DNA of 64,000 nucleotides from an uncultured Nitrososphaeraceae archaeon (GTDB lineage Archaea; Thermoproteota; Nitrososphaeria; Nitrososphaerales; Nitrososphaeraceae): NCBI GenBank assembly GCA_963779615.1, contig CAVZZA010000003.1, positions 576,001 to 640,000 of the forward strand, read 5' to 3'. Shown piece by piece: positions 55,311 to 64,000 of this stretch (position 1 is its first letter; each line of letters starts with the position of its first letter). The notes under the pieces were generated by a model. It saw only the letters and a program-made list of their open reading frames with translations, ran no database searches and was not told where the DNA came from. The position numbers and the translations under genes were made by a program.

Positions 55311-55722
55311 TATCTTTTTTCAACATATATAATTGCGTTTGAGGTAAAATAACTTATCTTTCGGACTTCATCTGATATGGCGCATATCTGGACATTGCGG
55401 TCTTAATTTTTTCTCAAAAAAATATTGTTTATAGCACACTGTTAAAGCCTGCATATCCCTTAGGATAAAATGCCCTGACTTTGAAAACATAGCATGATGG
55501 TTATTATCCCTTTGGGAGGGTTTCTGGGGAGGTTGTTTTCTACGGGTTTAAACTTAATGGATAAAGGGCATCTGGTTTATCAATAAGCAATGCACATCAT
55601 TCCTAAATACAATATTGTAGGCACATAAACCATATTTTTCATATAGGGGTTATAACAATTACATCAAGGTACGCTCTTGTTCAAATGCTTATGATTTATA
55701 TCCCCATTCATGGAATCATGAC

Positions 55723-56649
55723 ATGAATAAAAATATGCAAATATCAAAGTTGTTGATACCAAAATTTGTTATCGAGAACAACTGCAATATTCAAAGCGTA
55801 TTTGATTTACTGCAGCATTGTGATGAAAAAAAACATGATCAAACTGCGGTCATGGCAAATGACAATTATGTATCAGTGCAACAGTTAAACTATCACATAG
55901 GTTGCGATAATGATGGTGATGGCGATGACTCATACCCTTTATCCACTAATGATCTCCGCAATAACGACAAGAAAATTCTATCGATATTGAATGAGGAAAT
56001 GTGGTCAGCCTATTCCTTCAAGGCTCTTGAGAGAAAACTCGATATCCACCAACAGAGCCTTGCAAGAGCATTAAAAAGACTTGTAGATCTGGATTTGATT
56101 GAAAAGACACCCGCAGGATACAAACTAATTAAAAAAAACATATTTTTATCAAATACAATACTGCAAAATCGCCAATTGACGGAAGAAGAGGCAGAAGAGG
56201 CCGGACCTGAGCTATTTGAAACAGGAAAAACAAGAAAAAGATTTAATCAATTAATTCAGGTGCGTATTCCCATCAGGAACAACACAGAATTAGTAGTAAA
56301 TCAATTGGTTGGAAAATGGTTTGGCAGCTTAAGATGGTTTGGATTGATTAAAAAGGAAACTGGTGTAACACTTCAATGGGTAGCAATTAACAAATACAGC
56401 AGCAACAAGTTATTTCAAATCAATGTAAATATCGTATCAGAATATATCGTTATAGAGTCCAATGCCGTTTCCGATAAAGAAAAGATTGAGGCAATGTCAT
56501 GTTCAAACAGAATAGTCGGCGAGATCACAAAAATTCTTCAAGGTAACCTACAACAAGAATGCGAAATACCAGACGAGTTTACGACACCAAAGAACCATGT
56601 GCCAACTTATACCAGCAAGGTTAAACGCAATTTCAAGGGAAATAACTAA
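55723..56649 (+). CDS. Winged-helix (MarR-like) domain protein
   Basis: YSFKALERKLDIHQQSLARALKRL, GKWFGSLRW; start uncertain. Confidence 0.7.
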   Translation: MNKNMQISKLLIPKFVIENNCNIQSVFDLLQHCDEKKHDQTAVMANDNYVSVQQLNYHIGCDNDGDGDDSYPLSTNDLRNNDKKILSILNEEMWSAYSFKALERKLDIHQQSLARALKRLVDLDLIEKTPAGYKLIKKNIFLSNTILQNRQLTEEEAEEAGPELFETGKTRKRFNQLIQVRIPIRNNTELVVNQLVGKWFGSLRWFGLIKKETGVTLQWVAINKYSSNKLFQINVNIVSEYIVIESNAVSDKEKIEAMSCSNRIVGEITKILQGNLQQECEIPDEFTTPKNHVPTYTSKVKRNFKGNN

Positions 56650-56833
56650 ACCTCATGGATATTTGATTACGAACGTGAATCAAACATAAAGATACCACTT
56701 TATTGCATCTGCAGAGTAAAGGTGTAATTGCCCTGTGGTTTTTGCGATGAAACCACAGGCTACAAAGCAGGCTAAAAAAATTATGGCATTTAATATTTTT
56801 GCACAGAGGAGCCAGTAACGATAAAAATAATGC

Positions 56834-57538
56834 TTATTGAATGCTCTTTGAAAATCCTCCCAATGTAACCATCCCTAACTCTACAACAGGTTTTTCACCG
56901 ATTGCCTTTTCTATTGCGCTGTTGGCTAGTTCCAAGGCCTCTTTGGGGGTCATATTTTTTCCATATCCCTTTAGGATTACATCCATGGCAATATCCGATG
57001 AATAACCTATGGCAAATCCAGAACCCCTTAGATAGGTTCCACCAGGGTCGACCTGATACAGATGAATTCCGTTTTCGTCTACACCCGCGATTATTATTGA
57101 AGCAGCTTGCGGCCTAACCGCATATATGGTATAGTTATGCAGGTAGGAGCTGAGGTGTTTTGCTATAGATTTTATGTCTATGGGACTCTCATATGAAAGT
57201 CTGTGTTTCTGTGATTGTAACCTGATTTCTTCAATCAATTGCTCAATATCTGCTATATAGCCGGACCCTGTCGCTCCTATATGTTTGTCAATAGTGAATA
57301 TCTTTTCATTGGGATCAACCAAAGGCAAGGTGGGTTTGATGTGACTTGAAATCAACGCAAATTCCGTGGTTTTTATTCCAATGGTCGTTGATCCCCTATT
57401 TACTGCCTCCAACGCGCTATCTACTAATACAAGTCTGCCTCCCTGCCCATAGTAATATGGGTACCTGTTGCCATTCCCAAAACTATTCTGGGACCCTATT
57501 GAATTGCCATCTTCTGACATGTTACCTGACAACCCCAC
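56834..57538 (-). CDS. psmA: Proteasome alpha-type subunit (divergent N-terminus)
   Basis: GRL..ALEAVNRGSTTIGI, EKIFTIDKHIG..SGYIAD, VRP, LYQVDPGG, AIG. Confidence 0.85.
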   Translation of the reverse strand: MGLSGNMSEDGNSIGSQNSFGNGNRYPYYYGQGGRLVLVDSALEAVNRGSTTIGIKTTEFALISSHIKPTLPLVDPNEKIFTIDKHIGATGSGYIADIEQLIEEIRLQSQKHRLSYESPIDIKSIAKHLSSYLHNYTIYAVRPQAASIIIAGVDENGIHLYQVDPGGTYLRGSGFAIGYSSDIAMDVILKGYGKNMTPKEALELANSAIEKAIGEKPVVELGMVTLGGFSKSIQ

Positions 57539-57543
57539 TCACA

Positions 57544-58122
57544 TCATATGACTTGGCTTATTGCCAACGCATTTGGAATAACCAAGACGTCAAATCCATT
57601 TCCAGAGCCGGGGTCTCGCTCCATTGCGGCTAAAACGGCTTTTTTTGCAACCTCTTTTGCATCCTCATTTGTCATTTTACCATCATACAGACTTTCAAGA
57701 ACACCATATGCTATGGGGGCACCAGAACCAGATGCCGCATAGTCTTCATTAGTTATTGCGCCACTCATGTCAGCAACATTGACATGGGCGCCTTGGGAAT
57801 CAACCCCCGCAACCAGCAGCTCCACATAATATGGCTGGTAGTTCTTAAGGCCAGAATACGCCAAATTTGCAATCAGCCTTGAAGACTCCCTTACACTCAA
57901 AGGAAACCCTCGTCGCAGTTCTATTAACTTTCTTTCGGCAGTTGCAACCTTAATCAGATGTTCAGCGTCGGAAAGTTGCCCAGCAATTGCAATTGCCAGT
58001 GTGTCGTCTATTTTGGATATTTTTTGCACTATTTTAGATCCAATAAAGAAACCCTTGCTTGCCCTTTTGTCCGATGCGAGCACAACTCCTTCCTTTGTTT
58101 TTATACCCACTATTGTTGTCAT
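57544..58122 (-). CDS. psmB: Proteasome beta-type subunit without propeptide
   Basis: MTTIVG; after Met removal Thr1, Asp17 and Lys33 are in register; SGSG, RDPGSG. Confidence 0.9.
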   Translation of the reverse strand: MTTIVGIKTKEGVVLASDKRASKGFFIGSKIVQKISKIDDTLAIAIAGQLSDAEHLIKVATAERKLIELRRGFPLSVRESSRLIANLAYSGLKNYQPYYVELLVAGVDSQGAHVNVADMSGAITNEDYAASGSGAPIAYGVLESLYDGKMTNEDAKEVAKKAVLAAMERDPGSGNGFDVLVIPNALAISQVI

Positions 58123-58461
58123 CTTTTATTTCACTATACTATAGGATTACTCAAATTAATTGACCAAGACTTTTGCAAACAGGTCACACTTTAATAACAA
58201 TTGTTTTCAATCCAGAAGGCTAGAGCATCACATACAGCAATTTTTTGATGTTTGATATCCATCAGTAACACATTAATCAACAGAACAGGCTTTATGCCAA
58301 CGCCCTTTTCATAACAAAGATAGAGAGAAGGTATCTTTTTTAAAGGTTATAGGAACCCTTTTTATTCTCAAGAGCTGTTTTTTAAACCATAAAGATCATT
58401 TAAAAGAAATCAAAATTGATAGACAAGCCATAATGTCATTTGTTGTGACAACATATTCATA

Positions 58462-59181
58462 TCACCAAGGTTCAGGCTTGCCATCATAAAAAAATCCTCC
58501 GCTTGGGCCACCATCTGGCAGTGTGGCGGCCCACACAATACCTTTTGCACCCTCTTCCACCGGGCGTCCACCACGACCACCCATGTCGGTGGCAACCCAT
58601 CCGGGGTCAACCGAATTAACCAAGATGCCGGTTCCGCTTAATTCCGATGCCAACTTTCTTGTCAATGCGTTAAGTGCCACTTTCGAAATGCCATAGGCAG
58701 GGGTTCCACCCTCCATATAATGCAGCGAACCCGCACCGCTCGATACATTCACAATGCGACCATACCCATTTTTTCTCATGAGTGGAACAAAGGCTTGGCA
58801 AAGGAGCCAAGGACCATACAGGTTGGTTGCTAGCGCTTTGCATACCACTTCCAGGTCTGCGTTGACAGCAGACTGAAACGTATCATATAAAATTGCAGCA
58901 TTATTAACCAGCACATCAAGTCGTCCTAACTGTTGCTTTATTCTGCCAAATACATACTCTATGTCGTTTTTCGCAGAAACATCCAGTCGATAAAATACAA
59001 CATCCAGTCCTTTGTCTGTCAATTGCGTGGTGGCAACCTCACCCTTTGCAGTATCTCTGGAAGTCAATACAACAGTCAAACCCGATTGCGAAAGTTGTTT
59101 GCAGGTCTCAAACCCAATGCCCCTGTTTGCCCCCGTTACCAATGCAACTTTTTTATCCATTGTTTGTTTATCCATAAACAA
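58462..59181 (-). CDS. SDR family oxidoreductase (carbonyl reductase-like)
   Basis: TGANRGIG, NNAA, YGISK, PGWVATDMGG. Confidence 0.92.
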   Translation of the reverse strand: MFMDKQTMDKKVALVTGANRGIGFETCKQLSQSGLTVVLTSRDTAKGEVATTQLTDKGLDVVFYRLDVSAKNDIEYVFGRIKQQLGRLDVLVNNAAILYDTFQSAVNADLEVVCKALATNLYGPWLLCQAFVPLMRKNGYGRIVNVSSGAGSLHYMEGGTPAYGISKVALNALTRKLASELSGTGILVNSVDPGWVATDMGGRGGRPVEEGAKGIVWAATLPDGGPSGGFFYDGKPEPW

Positions 59182-59681
59182 TAAACCTAATGCCCATTTT
59201 ATTTAATGTTGGAACCTGATGGTTTAGGGGGTTTGTTTTAATGACATAATTTCCAAGTGGAAGAGAGACAGGCAAACTCATGGTTTTCATAACAAAGGTT
59301 GTAATCATACAGCAAACTGCATTTTGATGATGGAATCCTTTCTTTTGATTTGGTACGTCATATCAGTAAAATCCAGTATCAGGTTGGCTGTTCACAAGGG
59401 ACAAACAAGTAGATGAGAAATATTTTCCAGGGTAGGCTTACGAGTTTTATGCTCATTCATGCTTATTTTCTCATTTAGTTCAAGGCCAAAAAAATAAATG
59501 ATTGCACAGACTTGCTCAGTTAGCGTCCGTCATCGAGAAGAAAAGAATCCCCTCTGGAATTTCAGACCGAGTTTGACATTCAATCAACGCTTCTGCTAAC
59601 CAGAGCAAAAAAAACGGCGGTAGATTGGTGTCCCTTCATTCTTATCTGGTTATTTATATATTTTGTTTTACACATGTTGAT

Positions 59682-59918
59682 ATGGATTCAGGTATTGAAT
59701 GGAACTCCACCGTGAAAAAAGAAGCAAGAGGAAATGACGATGATGATCTTGGTGAGATCCAAGGAATAACAGAAACAGATGTGATAACAAAAGTTGGCAG
59801 GGTAGACAGAGAGACTTTTTCCATTCCAAAGAGTCTTGCCGATAAATTTGATGGTCGCAAAGTAAGGTTTAGAATAACAAGAGAAGAAGCAGAAAGCCAA
59901 TACAAAATAGAAGAATAA
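59682..59918 (+). CDS. Small hypothetical protein (PRC-barrel-like)
   Basis: WNSTVKKEARG..DLGE..FSIPK..FDG; TATA-like box upstream. Confidence 0.65.
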   Translation: MDSGIEWNSTVKKEARGNDDDDLGEIQGITETDVITKVGRVDRETFSIPKSLADKFDGRKVRFRITREEAESQYKIEE

Positions 59919-60228
59919 GGCTTAATTCAGAGACAGGGAAAGTTTGTTGATTTTATTATTTTTTTAACATCTGTTTTCTCGTTAATCATTTTCCCTTTTC
60001 TTTATTTATGCTATATAAATTAGGGATAATTCACACACACTCTTGCCAGACAAAGTAGAAGCAAAATCCGGGCTTTAGTCAAAAAAGGCAATCAAGTATA
60101 AATGCAGGCATTGCTATCATAATTTAAAACATTGGGGTTTGAACTAAATGAACATTCCAAGGTGAAGATGGATAGCATTTTTTGAGATTGATTTTAAATA
60201 CATAGTATTAATGGCATAATCATCATTT

Positions 60229-62082
60229 ATGGATATATCTAACATGGCAAAAACGATGGATAATGACAACAGCGCGTCATCTTTTTTTTCCACTTTTGTT
60301 GACACATGCGAATTAATACGATTGACGCCGAGCAAAAACAAAAAGGTCGATTTAATCTCACAGTACATCTCACGTTTACAGGAACATTCACTGTCCACCG
60401 CAGTCTTGTTTTTGTCTGGAAAAACCTTTCCAAGGGGATCGCCATATAACCTGAACATAGGGTTTAGAACGATATTGCAGTCTCTGCTGGAAATTTCCAG
60501 TATAAACGATGCTGACGTCAGGAGAATCCATTTAGAGCATGGTGACATGGGGGCCATAGCAGAATACGCGGTATCCAAAAAGCAAGTGGTAACCATTCTT
60601 GACCAACTGGAGGGCAAAGGAGGGAGAGAGCAATTAACATTAAGCGATATGTCTACCCAATTCAAAAAAATAGCGAGCCTTAAAGGACAGCATTCCAACA
60701 ATGACAAGAAAAACATTTTGAAGGGACTGCTTATCCGGTGCTCTCCATTAGAATCAAAATATCTCGTCAAAATAATATCAAACGAAATGCGAATGGGATC
60801 GTACGAAGGTCTTGTTGAACTGGCCATTGCAAAAGCTTTTGACAGGGATGCCATGGATGTCAGGGAAGCAATGCTTGTCTCGGGGGATGTTGCAAATGTG
60901 GCTTTACTATCTAAGAGAAATTCATTGAACACAGCAACAATTGAGCCGTTTGTGCCAATGAGTTTTATGCTGGCAGATGTCATGTTTACTGCAGAAGAGA
61001 TAATTGAATATTTTGAAAAACCACTCGTATGCGAGTACAAATATGATGGTATTAGGGTACAAATGCACAAATTCGGACACAACTGTAAGATTTATTCCAG
61101 AAATCTTGCGGACATATCATATGCTTTTCCCGAGTTGGTTGACAACGCATTGCAGACCAGAATAAAAATGGAAGAAAGGCATCAAACAAAGGAAATTAAA
61201 AACACCAGTGAAAATGATGAAGTCGATGTTGACTTTATTTTGGATGGAGAATTGATAGCATTCAAAAACAACAAGCCCCTGCACTTTCAAGAGTTACAAA
61301 AACGACTAAGAAGGAAAAGCATGACAAAAGGCACTCTAACTGAAATACCGATACGTTACGTGGTATACGATACAATGTTCTTTGAAAAAAAACAGATGAT
61401 AAAGGAAACACTTGAAAACAGGAAAAAATCATTATCAAAACTTCTGTTTAAAGACTCAATCATGATCAATGCGCAGAGCGACACCATAACAACTGCAGGC
61501 GAAATGGTCTCTAAATTTAAAACGAGTAAGGAAAGTGGCCACGAGGGGCTGGTGATTAAGGATCCGGCCTCACAGTATCATCCTGGAAAAAGAGGAAGAC
61601 ACTGGATAAAACTAAAGGAAGAGCTGGACACGATTGACACCGTAATAGTGATGGCAGAATATGGCAATGGAAAGCGGGCTGGAACGCTTTCAGACTATAC
61701 TCTTGCGGTAAGGGGTATTTCCACTGAACCTGGGATGGACATAACAGGAGCAGGAGACGAAGGCCCTCTTTTTAACAATTTAAAAATTATCGGCAAGGCA
61801 TATTCGGGTCTTTCAGATAAAGAAATTAACTATGTGACGAACAAGTTGAGGTCGCTTATTATTCGTGACGAAGGTAACAGAATTATTGTAAAACCTGAAA
61901 CAATTTTAGAGGTTTCTTTTGATACAATCCAAAAAAGTAACCGGCATGATGGAGGATATGCACTTCGTTTTCCAAGAATAAAAAACATTCGATATGACAA
62001 AGAACTCAAAGATATTGACACGTTAGAAAAAATAAAGGTTATTTACGAGAATCAGTTTCACATTAAAAACAAACACGGATAA
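60229..62082 (+). CDS. lig: ATP-dependent DNA ligase
   Basis: EYKYDGIR, ILDGE, VYD, EGLVIK, WIKLK, LRFPR. Confidence 0.95.
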   Translation: MDISNMAKTMDNDNSASSFFSTFVDTCELIRLTPSKNKKVDLISQYISRLQEHSLSTAVLFLSGKTFPRGSPYNLNIGFRTILQSLLEISSINDADVRRIHLEHGDMGAIAEYAVSKKQVVTILDQLEGKGGREQLTLSDMSTQFKKIASLKGQHSNNDKKNILKGLLIRCSPLESKYLVKIISNEMRMGSYEGLVELAIAKAFDRDAMDVREAMLVSGDVANVALLSKRNSLNTATIEPFVPMSFMLADVMFTAEEIIEYFEKPLVCEYKYDGIRVQMHKFGHNCKIYSRNLADISYAFPELVDNALQTRIKMEERHQTKEIKNTSENDEVDVDFILDGELIAFKNNKPLHFQELQKRLRRKSMTKGTLTEIPIRYVVYDTMFFEKKQMIKETLENRKKSLSKLLFKDSIMINAQSDTITTAGEMVSKFKTSKESGHEGLVIKDPASQYHPGKRGRHWIKLKEELDTIDTVIVMAEYGNGKRAGTLSDYTLAVRGISTEPGMDITGAGDEGPLFNNLKIIGKAYSGLSDKEINYVTNKLRSLIIRDEGNRIIVKPETILEVSFDTIQKSNRHDGGYALRFPRIKNIRYDKELKDIDTLEKIKVIYENQFHIKNKHG

Positions 62083-62182
62083 AAAAGAATGTAGATTTAA
62101 AAAACACATAAGCAAAGGCAAATGAACCGCATACAGCGAAATCAAAAATATACGGTATCAAAAAAAATGGTTACCAACAATT

Positions 62183-63094
62183 TTAGGTTTCAGTGGGTTG
62201 ACAAGTGGGACACCAATACGTGGATCGAGAAGTTAACTTTTTTTCAGACACAATTTTTGCGCCACATACCCAGCATTGTTTTCCGGACCTTCTAAAGACC
62301 CAATGAGTGGTGTCCCACAACGCTTTTTCGTTGTTCAATAGCGGCCGGGTTCTTCCTTTATCTCTATAGCCATAACCCAAAATTTTGGGAATGCCAAGAA
62401 GAAGGCTACTCAACTCGTTTTCGGAAAATGAAACCACTTTTTTGAAAGGATAAATTTTATGTAGAAACAATATTTCGGATTTATACTTATTCCCAATTCC
62501 ACTTATTATCTGTTGATCCAGCAAGGCATTTGCGATTAACATGTTTGTGTTTTTAGATTTGGATTTGAAGCCGGCTTGAACCTTATCCGTATCATAACCA
62601 TCACTCAATCCATCTGGTCCCAGTGATTTAATGGGCTCTTTACCTGCTGGATCGTCCAAAGAAAATTGTAATATAGGCCCGTTGAATTGGAGTAAGACCT
62701 TATCAGCAGTAATCAAGGTCAGCCTAACCCTAGCATCATTCCTCACATCCATTACGGCATTTTTTTTTAACTGCAATTCACCTGTTTTTCTATTCCTATT
62801 TTTTCCGTATGCGTAACGAGGTGGCGATTTAGCTGAACCGCCATCATACTCCCCTCTATCATATACTCTCCACTTGCCCCACATCATCATATGGTTTCTC
62901 AAATAAACGCCTGATGAAAATTTTACAACAATGTTCTTTCCAAAGGTTTTGACATACTCCATTGAGGATCCAATTATTTTGCTTTTTGTTTCTTCGTCAA
63001 TATTCTTATGCAATATGTTTTGAATTGTTCTTTTACCAGATAACGCGTCATGCATATTATCCGCCATTATCCTAACCTCAGGGCCTTCAGACAT
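62183..63094 (-). CDS. Fpg/Nei family DNA glycosylase/AP lyase
   Basis: MSEGPE, GKN, LGPD, LLDQQIISGIGNKYKSE (H2TH), zinc finger CWVC..R..CPTCQ. Confidence 0.88.
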   Translation of the reverse strand: MSEGPEVRIMADNMHDALSGKRTIQNILHKNIDEETKSKIIGSSMEYVKTFGKNIVVKFSSGVYLRNHMMMWGKWRVYDRGEYDGGSAKSPPRYAYGKNRNRKTGELQLKKNAVMDVRNDARVRLTLITADKVLLQFNGPILQFSLDDPAGKEPIKSLGPDGLSDGYDTDKVQAGFKSKSKNTNMLIANALLDQQIISGIGNKYKSEILFLHKIYPFKKVVSFSENELSSLLLGIPKILGYGYRDKGRTRPLLNNEKALWDTTHWVFRRSGKQCWVCGAKIVSEKKLTSRSTYWCPTCQPTET

Positions 63095-63609
63095 TTCTTA
63101 TTATGAATGAATATACACAAGATGCTTTTTAGTTAGCGCCATTTTTCATTGGAATAACATGCTGACACAAGACAACAAACGTCATTTGGAAACACTCCGG
63201 TCACCTTTCCCTAAAAGCTACCTCCATCATCATAATTTACATCATACGTAAAGCCCAACACTGAGAAAGTCACCTTCCAGAAAATCAGAAGACGGCAGAC
63301 CTAAAACAACATGCTCAAGGTTCCGAACGACACAAACATCTCCAAATTTACATGCATCAGAGATGGCAATATTTTCTCCTATGTGTATATCGTGTACCAA
63401 GGGCCACATTCACCAAAATGCCATCATGGAGAGTCCGAAAAATCCACAGATGAAAACTTTATCATAGAATAAAAAGTATTGGCATATAACCGCAGCGTAA
63501 ATTAGTTATTTAGGAGAAAAATAACACACAACTGTTATATTGTTATTGTTATTTTTATTTTTTGTTAATGATAAGAAAGGCATCTATAACACAATACCAT
63601 ATCTAAATT

Positions 63610-64000
63610 ATGAACTTTGTAGGATACTGGGCCTCCCAGGAGCAATACTCAATGCATGACTTGATTAAATTTGTAGTCGAAGCAGAGAAGGGGGGGTTTA
63701 CAGCAACAATGACAAGTGACCATTTTCACCCTTGGTGGCATGACAATGGGTATGGCAATTTCACATGGGTTTGGATAGCAGCAGCATCCGAAAGGACAAA
63801 AAATATGAGGTTTATAACTGGAGTCACTGCGCCGGTATACAGATACAACCCCTCAATAATTGCCCAAGCTTTTGCGTCACTTGACGTACTGTATCCGGGG
63901 CGAATTGCCCTTGGGCTGGGCACGGGGGAAGCAATGAATGAGGTTTCTGTGGGTTTTGATTGGCCATCTGCAGCGGTCAGGTTGAAAAGAACCACAGAGG
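63610..64000 (+). CDS. LLM-class F420-dependent oxidoreductase (runs off the window end)
   Basis: SQEQY, SDHFHPW, TGVTAP..RYNPSIIAQAFASL, LGLGTGEAMNE. Confidence 0.9.
   Translation, partial: MNFVGYWASQEQYSMHDLIKFVVEAEKGGFTATMTSDHFHPWWHDNGYGNFTWVWIAAASERTKNMRFITGVTAPVYRYNPSIIAQAFASLDVLYPGRIALGLGTGEAMNEVSVGFDWPSAAVRLKRTTE

Noticed and set aside
60144-61082. 312-aa antisense ORF and similar shadow ORFs (e.g. 46811-47362, 32926-33330)
   Set aside because: Antisense to well-supported genes and without motifs.
1-64000. CRISPR array, rRNA or complete tRNA
   Set aside because: No regularly spaced repeats, cas genes or cloverleaf structures seen.

Overview
Archaeal DNA, most consistent with a soil ammonia-oxidising archaeon (Nitrososphaeraceae, Ca. 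Nitrosocosmicus-like). This is inferred from proteasome subunits, Pth2, an ATP-dependent ligase, TATA-box promoters and thaumarchaeal IS families. The left half (~1-31 kb) is an AT-rich, IS-scarred accessory island (IS630, IS5, two IS6 relics) packed with bacterial-type hydrolases and oxidases: lipase, two tyrosinases (one PvdP-like), a NAL1/trypsin-like protease-EndoG nuclease fusion, a papain-like protease, LodA/LodB, protealysin with emfourin, and M35, M28 and M1 peptidases. The main unexplained pattern is that signal-less proteases lie next to genes encoding a stand-alone, signal-peptide-bearing copy of their own pro-domain (9.2-10.9 kb and 21.6-23.9 kb), paralleling the known protealysin/emfourin pair. 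Many island enzymes carry a single frameshift or nonsense lesion. An orphan ParB is followed by a perfect 16-bp palindrome that recurs 5.6 kb away (candidate parS). The right half (~31-64 kb) is mostly housekeeping and stress genes. It includes an HxlR-type regulator flanked by two homologous outward-facing promoters, a MITE whose empty site is visible in a second repeat copy, an atypical tandem proteasome beta-alpha pair, a DNA ligase and an Fpg/Nei glycosylase. No rRNA, tRNA or CRISPR array was found. All family assignments come from motif recognition by eye, not database searches.
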